64,000 nt of DNA, from NCBI RefSeq assembly GCF_963921235.1, contig NC_086108.1, positions 37,450,001 to 37,514,000 of the forward strand, in the 5' to 3' direction. Below are positions 34,306-47,382 of this stretch, piece by piece (within the stretch, counting starts at the first letter, position 1; the number at the start of each line of letters is the position of its first letter). The DNA is from Mobula hypostoma (Eukaryota). The notes beneath the pieces were generated by a model, which was not told the DNA's origin, ran no database searches, and saw only the letters and a program-made list of their open reading frames with translations. The position numbers were made by a program, and so were the translations under genes.

Positions 34306-35034
34306 TGTAGCATGCATGCTGGTCTTTAGCACAGATGTTAATAATATACACACCATTTAACCAGCCTGCACAGCCGTGATGTTTTAATTATTATCCACAG
34401 CATCCTGCCCATCCATAATCTTACAATCTCCTGGGAGAGATGAAAGATTGAAAAAAAAGTCCCAATATGAAAAAAATTGTGTAGGCAATCAAATGTGCCT
34501 AAGAGATGATATTAATCAGGAATTATATCATTAGATATTCCAGAAATATATTGATTGCTGTAATTTCCTCTCCAACTAAGGACCGATCCCTTCTAAAATT
34601 ATACTGAGTCAGGATTCAGAACAGGTAATGTCTGTAACTTCTAAAGCTTTTCCAACCAACTTCGTCATAAGATTCATGTAGGACTATATTCTTCATGCTC
34701 CATCACCCACCTACTAAGGCCTAATAATCAGAACTAAAACCTAACGATCATCACCACTCTATTCATAGTCGGCAACTATGCAAGCCTCATGGCCACACTT
34801 CACACCATATACACAAACTTGATCACCAAACCACGGGGCACCAGAAGGAGTAGATAGGTAGCCCAGGCAAAAGTGTGCTGTCCAGGTTGTTTAATACCTT
34901 TTCTTCTTCAGATGTTTGGCACAAGCTTGTTGGCAAGGGCTCTCCCCTCAAGGTGACAGAGGGAAATGGCCAGCAGAGAGGAGGAGATAAAGGGAATCAA
35001 GGCCAGTGGTGGCACCTGCATGAAAACTCACATT

Positions 35035-36608
35035 CAGGGCATATGGAATGTATTCACCCCCCTGGAATTTTTCATGTTTTATCGTTTTACATTATTGAAT
35101 CACAGTGGATTTAATTTGGCTTTTTTGGACGCTGATCAATAGACTCTTTCGTGTCAAAGTGAAAACAGATCTCTACAAAGTTATTTAAATTAATTTAACA
35201 CAAAATAATTGATTGTATAAGTATTCACGCCCTTCAAGTCAGTACTTAATAAGAGCGCCTTTGGCAGCAATAGGAGCCTTGTGTCAGTGTGGATAGGTCT
35301 CCATCAGCTTGCAATTGGAAACTGCAATTTCTCCCCATTCGTCTTTACAAAACTGCTCAAGTTCTGCCAGATTGCATAGGGATTGTGAGTGAACCACCTT
35401 TTTCAAGTCCAGCCACAAATTCACAATTGGATTGAAGTCTGGACTCTGACTTGGCCACTCCTGGACACTAACTTTGTTGTTTTTAAGCCATTCTTCCGCT
35501 TTGGCTTTATGCTTGGGGTCTTTGTCTTGCTGGTAAACAAATCTTCTCCCAAGTTGCAGTTCTCTTGCAAACAGCATCAGATTTTCCTTCAGGATTTCCC
35601 TGTATTTTGCTGCATTCATTTTACCCTTTACCTTCACAAGCCTTCCAGGTTCTTCGCTGCAGTGAAGCATCCCCACTGCATGATGCAACCATCACCATGC
35701 TTCATGGTGTGTTTTTGATGATGTGCAGTGTTTGGCTTGCACCAAACATAGCATTTAGTATGATGGCCAAAAAGCTCAATTTTGTTTTCATCAGACCTTA
35801 GAGCCTTCTTCCAGCTGACTTCAGAGTCTCCCACATGCCTTCTGGCAACCTCTAGTAAAGGTTTCATGTGAGTTTTTTCAGCAATGGCTTTCTCTTTGTC
35901 ACTCTCCCATAAAGCTGCAACTGGTGAAGCACCCGGGCAACATTTGTTGTATGCACAGTCTCTCCCATCTCAGACAATGAAGCTTGTATCCCTCCAGAGT
36001 GGTCATAGGTCCCTTGGTGGTCTCCCTCACTGTTCCCCTTCCTGCATAGTCACTCAGTTTTTGAGGACGGCCTGCTCTAGGCAGATATACAGCTGTGCCA
36101 TATTCTTTCCATTTTGTGTTGATTGACTGAACTGGAAATTTACTTGTATCTATCTCCTGACTTGTGCTTTTCAATAACCAGTTTATGGAATTGCTTGGAG
36201 TGCTCTTTTGCTTCATGGTGTAATTTTTGCCAGGATACTGAAGTACCAGGGTTGGACCTTCCAGAGATAGGTGTATCTTTTACTACAATCAATTGAAATC
36301 CTTTGACTGCACACGGTCATCTCCAATTAACTAATTGTGTGACTTCTAAAACTAACTGGCTGCACCAGTGATGATTTTTATGTCATATTAAAGGGGGTGA
36401 ATACTTATGCAATCAATTATTTTGTGTTTTATATTTTTGTAATTAATTTAGATCACTTTGCAGAGATCTGTTTTCACTTTGAGACAAAAGAGTCTTTTTC
36501 TGTTGATCGGTTTCAAAAAAGCCAAATTATATCCACTGTGATTCAATGTTGTAAAACAATAAAACACGAAAACTTCCAAGGCGGGGGGAATACTTTTTAA
36601 AGGCACTT
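35035..36608 (-). mobile_element. Tc1-family DNA transposon, IR/DR type, full-length but inactive
   Basis: About 200-bp TIRs (35035-35235 / 36391-36608), each with two gtattcacccc-like direct repeats. Frameshifted transposase: GRPQKLS, SDENKIELFG, QQDKDPKH, WPSQSPDFNPIVNLW. Confidence 0.93.
35284..36216 (-). pseudogene. Tc1 DD34E-type transposase pseudogene
   Basis: Three out-of-frame ORFs (35899..36216, 35634..35867, 35284..35688). Catalytic E replaced by V in NPIV. Confidence 0.9.
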
Positions 36609-36621
36609 TTAAAATACTTTT

Positions 36622-39600
36622 TAAACGTTCGAGGTCAGCCGAGGTGCAACAATTGAAGGAGTGACCTCCAGAGTGGTTATCTCCGGTTTGCTTCCAGTTC
36701 CTCGTGCTGGTGAGGCCAGGAACAGGGAGATAGGGGATCTGAATGTGTGGCTGAGGAGCTGGTGTGAGGAGCAGGGATTTAGATTCTTAGACCACTGGAA
36801 TCTGTTTTGGGGTGAAGATGAATTGTACGAAAGGGACGGGTTGCACCTTAACAGGCGGGGGACCAGCACTCTGGCAGGCAGGTTTGTCAATGCTACACGG
36901 GTGTGTTTAAACTAAGTAGTGGGGGGGTGGGGGGGAGGAGACGAACTGGAAATATAAGGATGAAGTTAAAAGGAAAGAGAGAATAAGAAAAGTTAAGGAA
37001 GACAACAGAATTAACGGGGCAGAAAGCTCAGGAAGGGATCGGAGATTATGGCCAAGTGCAACAGGAATTGATGTGAAAGGTGAGGGGAGTAATGGATTAA
37101 AAGTATTATATATGAATGCACGAAGTATAACAAATAAAGTGGATGAGCTTGAGGCTCAGTTGGAAATTGGCAAATATGATGTTGTGGGAATAACAGAGAC
37201 ATGGCTGCAAGAGGACCAGGGCTGGAAAATGAATATTCAGGGTATACATCTTATCGAAAGGACAGACAGGTTGGCAGAGGGGGTGAGGTGGCTTTGTTGG
37301 TGAGGAATGAAATTCAGTCACTTGCAAGGGGGGTCATAGAATCAGGAGATATGGAGTCAGTATAGATAGAACTGAGAAACTGTAAGGGCAAAAAGACCCT
37401 GATGGGAGTTCTCTACAGGCCCCCAAACAGTAGCCTGGATACAGGGTGCAAGTTAAATCAAAAGTTAAAATTGGCATGTTGCCAAGGTAATTCTATGGTT
37501 GTTATGGGGAATTTCAACATGCAGGTAGACTGGCAAAATCAGGTTGGTACTGGACCCCAAGAAAGGGAGTTTGTGGAATGCCTCAGAGATGGATTCTTAA
37601 AGCAGCTTGTATTAGAGCCTACCAGGGAGAAGGCAATTCTGGATTTAGTGTTGTGTAATGAGCCAGATTTGATAAGGGAACTCGAGGTAAAGGAGCCATT
37701 TGGAGGTAGTGACCATAATATGATAAGTTTCAATCTACAATTTGAGAGGGAGAAGGGAAAATCGGAAGTGTCAGTATTACAGTTGAACAAAGGGGACTAT
37801 GGACACATGAGGGAGGAGCTGGCCAAAGTTGACTGGAAAGAGACCCTAGCAGGGATGGCAGTGGAATAACAATGGCAAGTATTTCTGGGAATAATACGGA
37901 AGGTGCAGGATCAGTTCATTCCAAAGAGGAAGAAAGATTCTAAGGGGAGGAAGGGGCAACCGTGGATGACAAAGGAAGTCAAGGATAGTACAAAAATAAA
38001 AGAGAGGAGGTATAACATAGCAAGGATGAGTGGGAAGCCAAAGGATTGGGAGACCTTTAAGAAGCAACAGGAGATAACTGAAAAGGCAATATGGGGGGAA
38101 AAGATGAGGTACAAAGGTAAGCTAGCCAAGAATATAAAGGAGGATAGTAAAAGCTTCTTTAGGTATGTGAAGAGGAAAAAAATTAGTTAAGACCAAAGCC
38201 GGCCACTTGAAGACAGAAACAGGTGAAATTATTATGGGGAACAAAGAAATGGCAGAGGAGCTAAAGAGGTACTTTGGATCTGTCTTCACTAGGGAAGACG
38301 CAAGCAATCTCCCAGATGTAATAGTGGCCAGAGGACCTAGGGTAACAGAGTAACTGAAGGAAATTCACATCAGGCACAAAATGGTGTTGGGTAAACTGAA
38401 GGGACTGAAGGCTGATAAATCTCCAGGGCCTGATGGTCTGCATCCCAGGGTACTTAAAGAGGTGGCTCTAGAAATTGTGGACGCATTAGTAATCATTTTC
38501 CAATGTTCTATAGATTCAGGATCAGTTCCTGTGGATTGGAGGGTAGCTAATGTTATCCCACCTTTTAAGAAAGGAGGGAGAGAGAAAACTGGCAATTATA
38601 GACCAGTTAGTCTGACATCAGTGGTGGGGAAAATGCTGGAATCAATTATAAAAGATGAAATAGTGGCATATTTGGATAGCAGTCGCAGGATAGGTCCGAG
38701 TCAGCATGGATTTATGATGGGGAAATCATGCTTGACTAATCTTCTGGAATTTTTTGAGAATGTAACAATGAAGACGGACATGGGGAAGCCAGTGGATGTG
38801 GTGTACCTGGACTTTCAGAAAGCCTTTGATAAAGGTCCCACATAGGAGGTTAGTGGGCAAAATTAGAGAAAATGGTACTGAGGGTAGGGTACTGACATGG
38901 ATAGAAAATTGGTTGGCAGACAGGAAACAAAGAGTAGGGATTAATGGGTCCTTTTCAGAATGGCAGGCAGTGACTAGTGGGGTACCCCAAGGCTCGGTGC
39001 TGGGACCGCAGCTATTTACAATATACATCAATGATTTAGATGAAGGGATTAAAAGTAACGTTAGCAAATTTGAAGATGACACAAAGCTGGGTGGCAGTGT
39101 GAAATGTGAGGAGGATGTTATGAGAATGCAGGTTAACTTGGGACAGGTTGTTTGAGCGAGCAGATGCAGTTTAATGTGGATAAACGTGAGGTTATCCACT
39201 TCGGTGGCAAGAACAGGAAGGCAGTTTACTCTCTGAACAGTGTCAAGCTAGGAAAAGGTGAAATACAACAAGATCTAGGTGTCCTTGTTCATCAGTCACT
39301 GAAAGTAAGCATGCAGGTACAGCAGGCAGTGAAGAAAGCTAATGGCATGTTGGCCTTCATAACAAGGGGAATTGAGTATAGGAGCAGAGGTCTTTCTGCA
39401 GTTGTACAGGGCCCTGGTGAGACCACACCTGGCATATTGTGTACGGTTTTGGTCTCCAAATTTGAGGAAGGACATTCTAGCTATTGAGGGAGTGCAGCGT
39501 AGGTTCACAAGGTTAATTCTCGGGGTGGCGGGACTGTCATATGTTGAAAGATTGGAGCGACTGGGCTTGTATACACTGGAATTTAGAAGGATGAGAGGGG

Positions 39601-40009
39601 ATCTGATTAAACATATAAGATTATTAAGTGATTGGACACGCTAGAGGCAGGGAACATGTTCCCGATGTTGGGGGGGGGGGGGGGTCCAGAGCCAGAGGCC
39701 TCAGTTTAAGAATAAGGGGTAGACCATTTAGAACGGAGTTGAGAAAAACTTTTTCACACAGAGGGTTGTGGATCTGTGGAATGCTCTGCCCCAGAAGGCA
39801 GTGCAGGCTATTTCTCTGGATTCTTTCAAGAAAAAGTTAGATAGAGCTCTTAAAGATAGCGGAGTCAAGGGATATGGGGAGAAGGCAGGAACAGGGTACT
39901 GATTGTGGATGATCAGCCATGATCACAGTGAATGGCAGTGATGGCTCGAAGGGCCGAACGGCCTACTCCTGCACTTATTGCCTATTGTCTATTGTCTATT
40001 GCCTATTGC
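36622..40009 (+). mobile_element. Near full-length CR1 LINE (5'-truncated in ORF1; ORF2 complete but disrupted)
   Basis: ORF1 esterase end with RDGLHLN (36661..36915). APE LYMNARSI..GITETWL, YRPP, GNFN, SDHN. RT motifs in 38381-39644. (ctattgY)n tail at 39975-40009. Confidence 0.95.
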
Positions 40010-40061
40010 ACTGTATTTGCTGCCGTTAAGCAGCTTCAAGATGTCCTTCCTGAAGTAGATA

Positions 40062-40193
40062 CCTGACGAAGGGTCTCAGCCCAAAACGTCGACTGTACCT
40101 CTTCCTATAGATGCTGCCTGGCCTGCTGCGTTCACCAGCATTTTTTATGTGTGTTGCTTGAACTTCCAGCATCTGCAGATTTCCTCGTGTTTG
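40062..40193 (+). mobile_element. Penelope pLTR tip starting at the hammerhead core
   Basis: cCTGACGAagggtctcagcccAAAAcgtcgactg (G12->A), then a near-identical match to 14702-14751 and the full terminus gatttcctcgtg. Confidence 0.9.
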
Positions 40194-40195
40194 CG

Positions 40196-41560
40196 ATACT
40201 TTATCAGTCCATGCTTTTCCAAACGCTGATAGATTCTGTCCCTCAGGATCCTCTCCAGGAATGTTCCTACCACTGATGTTAGACTCACTGGACTATCCTT
40301 GCAGCCTCTTTTCAGCATTTATCATCCTTCAGTGTCTTGGTAACTTTTCTGTGGTTAAAGATGACACAAATCGGGTACCAGGGTGGTAAAGCAGTTGGTG
40401 CGGCACTATTACAGCGCAGGGCATTGCAGAGTTCAGTGTTCAATTCTGCCACTGTCTGTAAGGGCTTTGTCCATTTTCCCCAAGAACTGCATGGGTTTCC
40501 TCTAGGTGCTCCAGTTCACTCCCGCAGTTCAAAGCTGTATCTGTTAGCAAGGGTTAATTGGTCATTGAAAATTGTCCTGTGATTTTGCTAGCGTTAAATA
40601 GATGGGTTGCTAGGCGCTGTAGCTTGCTGGGTGGGAAGGTCTAAATAAAAACAAATAAGAAATCTCCCTGAGGGTCCTTGCTATTTTTCCCCTAGCTTTC
40701 TACAATGTCCTAGGATACACTTGGTCAGGCCCCAGGAATTTATCCATTTTATTATGCTTTAAGACCACCAGTATCTCCTCCTCTTTGTGATGTGGATAAG
40801 TTATAAGGCCTTGCTATTTACTTCCTTGAATTCTTTTACTATCTCATGTTCTTTTTTTGTCTTCCTGATTCCTCTCTCTTGTGTACTCCTATATCTTTCA
40901 TACTCCTTGAGTGATTCACTTGATCTCAGCTGCTTATACCTGTCATATACCTCCTCCTTTTTAAAGACCAGAACCTCAATATCTCTTGTCCACCAGAGTT
41001 TCCTATCCCCGCCTGCCTCAGACTACAGCTAACGGGAACATGCTGTCCTTCAACTCCACCTCCCATGCTTTTAAAAGCCTCTCATTAGCCAGCCTTTCCT
41101 TTACATGCATTTTGACTTTCTTTCTAATAGCATTAATATTTGCCCTCGCCCAGTTTAGGACTTTAAATTGTCGACCTGAGATAACTTTTTCAATATCTAT
41201 TTTTAAACTAATAGAATTATGGTCATTGATCACAAAATGCATCCCCCTACCTCACTGACACCTCAATTACTTGTCATGCCTCAGTTAGGAAGTTCAGTAT
41301 AACCTGCTGTCTAATAAGACATTGACAATTCTTATAGAAAACTTTCTTGTGCATATTTAACAAATTATTCCACAGCCAAGCCCTTTTAGACTATGAGAGT
41401 CTTGATCAATATGAAAGCAGGTGAAATTAGCTACTATTACAACCCACTTTTCTTACAGCATTCTGCAATTTCTTGGCACATTTCCCACAAAATACTGGGG
41501 GTTTATAATACAATCCCTTTAAAGTAATCACATCCTTATTTCTCACTTCCATCCATATAA
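40196..41560 (-). mobile_element. Decayed CR1 ORF2 fragment
   Basis: ORF 41018..41242 NDHNSISLKI..KVLNWARAN, and DKFLGPDQVYPRTL remnant at about 40705-40750. Confidence 0.75.
40373..40659 (+). mobile_element. V-type SINE with 5-bp TSD
   Basis: AAATC at 40368-40372 and 40660-40664, gttcaattc B box, V-domain and A-rich tail. Confidence 0.8.
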
Positions 41561-41809
41561 CCTCAAAGGACCATCCCCCAAGGTTATCCACTCCAAAATA
41601 CTGCCATTCTTACTGCACTGTGATAATGCATTTGTAGAAGAAGCAATTGATATGCTTGGTTCTAGATACATGAGCTTAGGCTTATGTAGTGGAATTACTC
41701 CCTGAATTCCTAGAGTACAAAAATAAACCTGTGCACAAATCTCCTCTGTCAACTCTCTCCTTTTGTAGCTTGTCCTTCTCCACTTGCTCTCCTAATCATG
41801 CCACGTTTT

Positions 41810-42478
41810 AAAGAGTGCGAAGTGTTCACACTTCACCTGTGAATCTGCTGGGGTCATCTATTCTGTCTTGTGCTCCTGATGCGGTTCCTCTACATTGTTG
41901 AGACCCATCGTAAATTGAGGGACCGCTTCGTCAAGCACCTCCGCTCCAGCTGCCAAAAGCAGAACTTCCCAGTGCCCAAACATTTTAATTTTGATTCCTA
42001 TTCCCTTTCTGACATGTTGATCCATGGTCTCCTCTTGTGCCACGATGAAGCCACTCTCAGAGTGGAGGAGCAACACCTTATATTCCATCTGGGTAGCCTC
42101 CAAACTGATGACATGAATATCGATTTCTCCTTTCAGTAAAAAAAAATCCCTCCTCTTTCTTCTTCCGTTCCCCATGTTGGCCTCTTACCTCTTCCCACCT
42201 GCCTATCATCTCCCCCTGGGTGCCCTGCTCCTTCCCTTTTTCCACTCTCCTCTCTTATTAGATTCTTTCCTCTCCAGACTTTTACCTTTCCTACCCACCT
42301 GGCTTCACCTATCACCTTCTAGCTATCATCCTTCCCCTCCACCCACCTTTTTATTCTGGCATCTTCTCCCTTCCTTTCCAGTCCTGAAGAAGAGTCTCAG
42401 CTAAAACATTGACTGTTTATTCATTTCCATAGATGCTGCCTGAGCTGCTGAGTACCTCCAGCATTTTGTGTGCAATGT
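41810..42478 (+). mobile_element. Penelope-like 3' fragment (GIY-YIG plus pLTR)
   Basis: ORF 41870..42139 YIVETHRKLRDRFVKH..HFN..EEQHLIFHLGSLQ. Degenerate hammerhead at 42379-42415. Confidence 0.9.
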
Positions 42479-42544
42479 TTCAAAGAGAATGCCTGCTAGT
42501 AAAACCATGCCCATGCAGAAGCCTTGTTTACAACCTTGTTGAGG

Positions 42545-42870
42545 TGTCACATTGGTGTAGTTAGTAGAAATGGTGCCTCTGAGCACCAGAAACATGGGTT
42601 CAATCCTGTCTGTGTGGAGTTTGCACTATCTTCCCATAACTGTGTAGGTATTCTCCACATGCCCTAGTTTCCTCCAACATCCTAAGAACATGCAGGCTAG
42701 TCGGCCATGGTAAATTGTCCGTGTCCATGTGTGTGACAGTAGAGTGTGGGAGAATTGAGGAGAACGTGGAGCCAATGCCAAAGAGATATCGTGTATATGG
42801 ATTGTTGATGGTCAACATGAACTTGCTGGGGTGAAGACCTGTTTTTGTGCTGTATGAAACTATGTCTCTA
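42545..42870 (+). mobile_element. V-type SINE
   Basis: tggtgtagtt A box, GGTTCAATCC B box, V-domain and CR1-like tail. Confidence 0.75.
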
Positions 42871-43477
42871 TGATACCTCTCTTCTCACTCCCTGTAGGTC
42901 TCTGTAACTTGAGTAACTCCAGAAATCACCAACTGAGATGAGAATGTAGTTGGCCTGGTTAATTTGATGATGATACTGATCTTGGGCAATGAATATTATT
43001 TAAGATTACAATGAGACCTTGATCAACAAAGGAAACGGGCCAAAGAATGACAGGCGGGATTTAAGCTGGACCATTGAGAAAACTTACAAAATATTGCATT
43101 TGGTAAGTTAAACGAGAGCAGTATTTGCACTGTAACTGGTAAGGCTCTGGGCAGTACTGTATAACAGAGTGACCTAGGAGTGCAGGTACAGACAGTAGTT
43201 TCCTGAAAGTGGAGATACAGGTAGACAGGGTGCGGAAAGCAGCATAAGGCATGCTTGCCTTCATTGGTCAAGACATTGAGTACTGGAATTAGATATCATT
43301 TCAGAACTGAATTTGTCAATACATTTGGAGCATTGTGCGTCTTTCTGGTCTCCCATTCATAGGAAAGAGGTCATTAAGCTGAATTCATGAGGATGTTAGC
43401 AAGACCAGATAGCTTGAATTAGGAGGAGCCACTGAATAGGTTTCAACTTTTTTTGCTAATCCACAGGAGGCTGGCCT

Positions 43478-43805
43478 TTAAGAGAGCAGAGCCATCGTTT
43501 CGAGGCTTGCATGCATGAATGACACAGAGAGCTATGTTGGCTGGAGCCAGGATCTTATGCTTTCGTTCTTGGTAGGGCCACCCATGCCAAACAGATCAAA
43601 GAGCTGAGGCCTGACTAAGAGTGGTCCACCAGTCCTCCAGGTTCGTGGGTTCAGCTTAGGGCTAACAACCCTGACTGACCAAACAAAACTATTATAGAAA
43701 CAGCAATGAGGAATCCTTCTACATCTGTGTGCTACGGTATTCCTGTGTCTCCACCCAAGATTTGCATGACTGACAATAGTGAAAACCAGGAGGAAGCTAA
43801 AATAG
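43478..43805 (+). mobile_element. RTE-clade 5'-UTR-like fragment (non-autonomous)
   Basis: gaggcttgcatg..aatga..gagctatg..ggtagggccacccatgccaaacag..gactaagagtggtccac resembles the conserved 5' region of RTE elements (Rex3/Expander, BovB) from memory. Confidence 0.6.
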
Positions 43806-43950
43806 TGAAGGCCCTGTAAAGGGTGATGGTCGCAGTCTTTGTCCCAGCAGAACTAGAGGATGTGTGATTAATGGGAAAGGGGAAAGATTTTAAGAGGACC
43901 AGAGGACTCAGTTTTTCATAGATGGGGTGGGTATATGTAACAAGCTGCGA

Positions 43951-44506
43951 GAGGAGACTGAGGTCCTTTAACATCTGCTGGACGACGCTGAGGATGTTCT
44001 ACGAGTCTGTGATGGCCAGTGCGATCATGTTTGCTGTTGTGTGCTGGAGCAGCAGGCTGAGGGTAGCAGACACCAACAGAATCAACAAACTCATTCGTAA
44101 GGCCAGTGATGTTGTGGGGATGGAACTGGACTCTCTCACGGTGGTGTCTGAAAAGAGGATGCTGTCTAAGTTGCATGCCATCTTGGACAATGTCTCCCAT
44201 CCACTACATAATGTACTGGTTGGGCACAGGAGTACATTCAGCCAGAGACTCATTCTACCGAGATACAACACAGAGCGTCATAGGAAGTCATTCCTGCCTG
44301 TGGCCATCAAACTTTACAACTCCTCCCTTGGAGGGTCAGACACCCTGAGCCAATAGGCTGGTCCTGGACTTATTTCCTGGCATAATTTACATATTACTAT
44401 TTAACCATTTATGGCTTTATTACTATTAATTATTTATGTTGCAAATGTAACGAAAACCAATTTCCCTCGGGATCAATAAAGTATGACTATGACTATGACA
44501 ATGACT
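43951..44506 (+). mobile_element. Rex1/Babar-type LINE 3' end (copy 2, near-identical to 12515-13069)
   Basis: ORF 43922..44356 differs from 12567..12929 by a few residues. (tatgac)n tail. Confidence 0.92.
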
Positions 44507-44659
44507 AAAGACAGTTACAATTTCAATGTTTAAAATACCTTTGGACAGGTACATGGATAGGAAAGGTTTAGAGGGATATGAGTCAAATGGGACTACCTCA
44601 AGTTTACGAGTTGGGCTGAAGGGCATATTTCGATGCTGTACATCTTTATGACACTTATA

Positions 44660-47382
44660 TTGTTCAAGATGGTGGCACATCCAGTCACAGTGGCCACTTT
44701 GGCTCCAACTAATGGTGTAATTGTTCACTTTTTACATCTTTCTTATGACTGCAAAACACTGCTGGATATTGAGAACACCCAGCACTGCAGGTCTCCCTCA
44801 CTAGTGAGTTGTTGGATAGTAGATGAGCTGTGAAGCATATGTTTATTGCATTTCATGTTATCGCCTGCTACAGCCACCCAGAGAAGACACCGTCAGAAGT
44901 GGTGCGCAAGGAAACAGAAGCGAGGAAAAGTGGGCTGGCATCCATGTGAGGCTAAAGGCAGAACCCCGCAGGCCATCTCTCCTGTCGATTTTGCTTTCAA
45001 ACATTTGGTCACTAGAAAATAAATTAGACTACCTGTGTTAGAGACTGACTCAGTGTGAGATGAAGGATAGCTGCATGCTCATTCTGAGGGAAATGTCGTT
45101 CTAGGATATCAACCCTGACGTGGTCAACCAGCTGCTGGGAGTTTCATCTGTTTCAGGACTGACAGAATTCCCGTGACCTCTGGCAAGACCCACAGTTGGG
45201 GTGTACATTAATAAGAACTGGTGAGTGAACATTTCGGTCATGATGACCCACTGTTTGCATACAGTAGAGTCCCTAACGGTGAAGTGCAGACCCTTCTAAG
45301 GTAATTCAGTGATATTGTGATTCTAGCTGTGCACATCCCATCACACCCACCCACCCACCCCCGCACCTTTTTGCTAATGCTGGGGAAACACTGCATAAGC
45401 TCCATGGTGTCATCAGTGACTTACAAAACACATACCCCGATAGTTCCTTTATAATTGCTAGCTTCAACCATGATAATTTAAAAACAGTCCTGCCTAAACT
45501 CTATCAGCACGTTGACTTTGCTACCAAAGGTGAGAACACATTAGATCTCGTTTAGACCAACATCCATGGTGTATACGAAGCTGCTCCAGGTCATCACCTT
45601 GGATTCTCTGACCGCTTATTCTCATGCTAATTCCATGCATGGAGAAGTACATTGAGGTTGTCACCAATGTGAGAGAAATCGGAAGCCATGGCTGACAGCA
45701 GAGGTCAGGGCATGGTGGAGAGATTAGGGTGCTGCCTTCAAATCAGGGTTAAGGTAACTCTCAGGTCATCAAGAGCTGCACTTTCCCACAGCATCAGGAA
45801 GGCAAAACAGGGTTATTCACAGAGAACATAAAGCCATTGCTGTGACACCAGAGACAAGTGGGAGTGCATTTAGATCATAACAAACTAGAAGTTTACCCTG
45901 TGTGTCAACGATGGTGACACTTCTCTTCCTGAATGTCTTTTACTCACCATTTAATGCATGGAACAATGTGCTGGAAAGGAAGGGCTCCCCTTTCCCCCAA
46001 GGAGCAGGCACCCTGGCCACAGCTGAAATGAGGAAAACCCTAGTCAGGGTCAACCCACATAAAGCAGTGGGGCCTGATCAGATACTCCACAGCTTTATAC
46101 CATGTGCTGAGGGAATGGGCAGCCCAGTTAACAGAGGTTCCAACAGATATTTTCAACATCTCTGTAGAGCAGCTCACTCCCCACTCTGGCTTCAAGGTGG
46201 CCACCATCAATCTGGTTCCCAAGAGGCAACAGTATCCTGCTTCAATGACTACCATCCAGTGCCGCTGACCTCGACAACAATGATGAGGTGCTTTGAGATG
46301 CTGGTTATTGAATGCTTTAATTCCTATCTTCCTGCTACATTGGACCCTTTTCAGTTAGCTTATTGCTCAGATCAGTTCATCCGTGATGCCACAGGCTCTG
46401 CACTCCACTCCGTCCTGTCCCACCTGGAAAATGGTGCCTCGTAAACCAGGATGCTGTTTAGTGACTTCAGCTCAGTACTCAATACAATCATCCATCAGAA
46501 GCTGGTAGGTAAGCTCTCTTTGTTAAATCTCAACATCTGTCTCTTTAACACTTATCTTAGACTTCTTGACAGAAAGGCCACAGTCAGCCTGTGTTTGCAG
46601 AAATGTCTCTAGCTCCATCACGCTGAGCACCGGCACTTCCCAGGGCTGTGTGCTCAGCCTGCTGCTGTTCACACTGCTGATACAAGACTGTACGTCGAGA
46701 TCCAGTTCAAACCATCATCAGGTTCGCCGATGACACAACAATGGCTGGACTCATCAACAACGACAATGAGACGGCATACAGAGAGGAGGTAGAGTGGCTG
46801 GTAGCATAGTGCGAGCACAACGACTGCAGCGTCAATGTAGACTAGGCCAAAGAGATTATTGTAGACTTTAGGGAGGTGCAGGCTGACCACTCCTCACTGC
46901 ACATGCACAGTTTCTGTGTGATGAGTTAGGAGCACCAAGTTTCTGGGAGTGCATATAATGGCCAATCTCACCTGGTCCCTCAACACCACCTCTTTGGTCA
47001 AGAAAGCAGAGCAGCATCTCTACTTCTTGAGGAGATTGAAGTGACTGATGTTCCCACCATCCCCCCTCTCCTCGTCCCCTAATTGTAACCTATTTTTACA
47101 GGAGCACCATCGAAAGTGTCCTGACCAGCAGCATCACTGTCTGGTATCGGAATTACAAGGTATCACAAGGAATCACAATGAATTACAGTACATTTTAACT
47201 TGTATTGTAAATGCACCTTACTATTTGTTAATTTACTTGTGGTAAGATTACTTTATGTGTTATGTATGTGAGTTATATGTACTGTGTTGGGTACCTTGGT
47301 CTGGAGGAATGTTGTTTCATTTGGTGGTATATATGCCAAATGAAACAATAGGAATGAGAATAAACTGAATTTGAACTTGAAA
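44660..47382 (+). mobile_element. Rex1/Babar-type LINE, near full-length, decayed
   Basis: 5' caagatggtggc. [18 protein letters not shown] and TKGENTLDL. RT KAVGPD, NDYHPVPLTS, LDPFQLAY, GTSQGCVLS, FADD. Tail aataaactgaatttgaacttga. Confidence 0.88.

Larger units (their letters stand above)
42930..44652 (+). mobile_element. Decayed CR1 3' part interrupted by an RTE-like 5' fragment and a Rex copy
   Basis: CR1 RT-tail remnants at 42930-43475, 43820-43950 and 44505-44652. Confidence 0.7.

Noticed and set aside
35284..36216. Active transposase
   Set aside because: Multiple frameshifts, and the catalytic glutamate is lost.
43600..43680. HDV-like ribozyme (TCCTCC and GCTAA motifs)
   Set aside because: I could not build the P1/P2 nested double pseudoknot; the partner of caaccc lies downstream of the L3-like motif.
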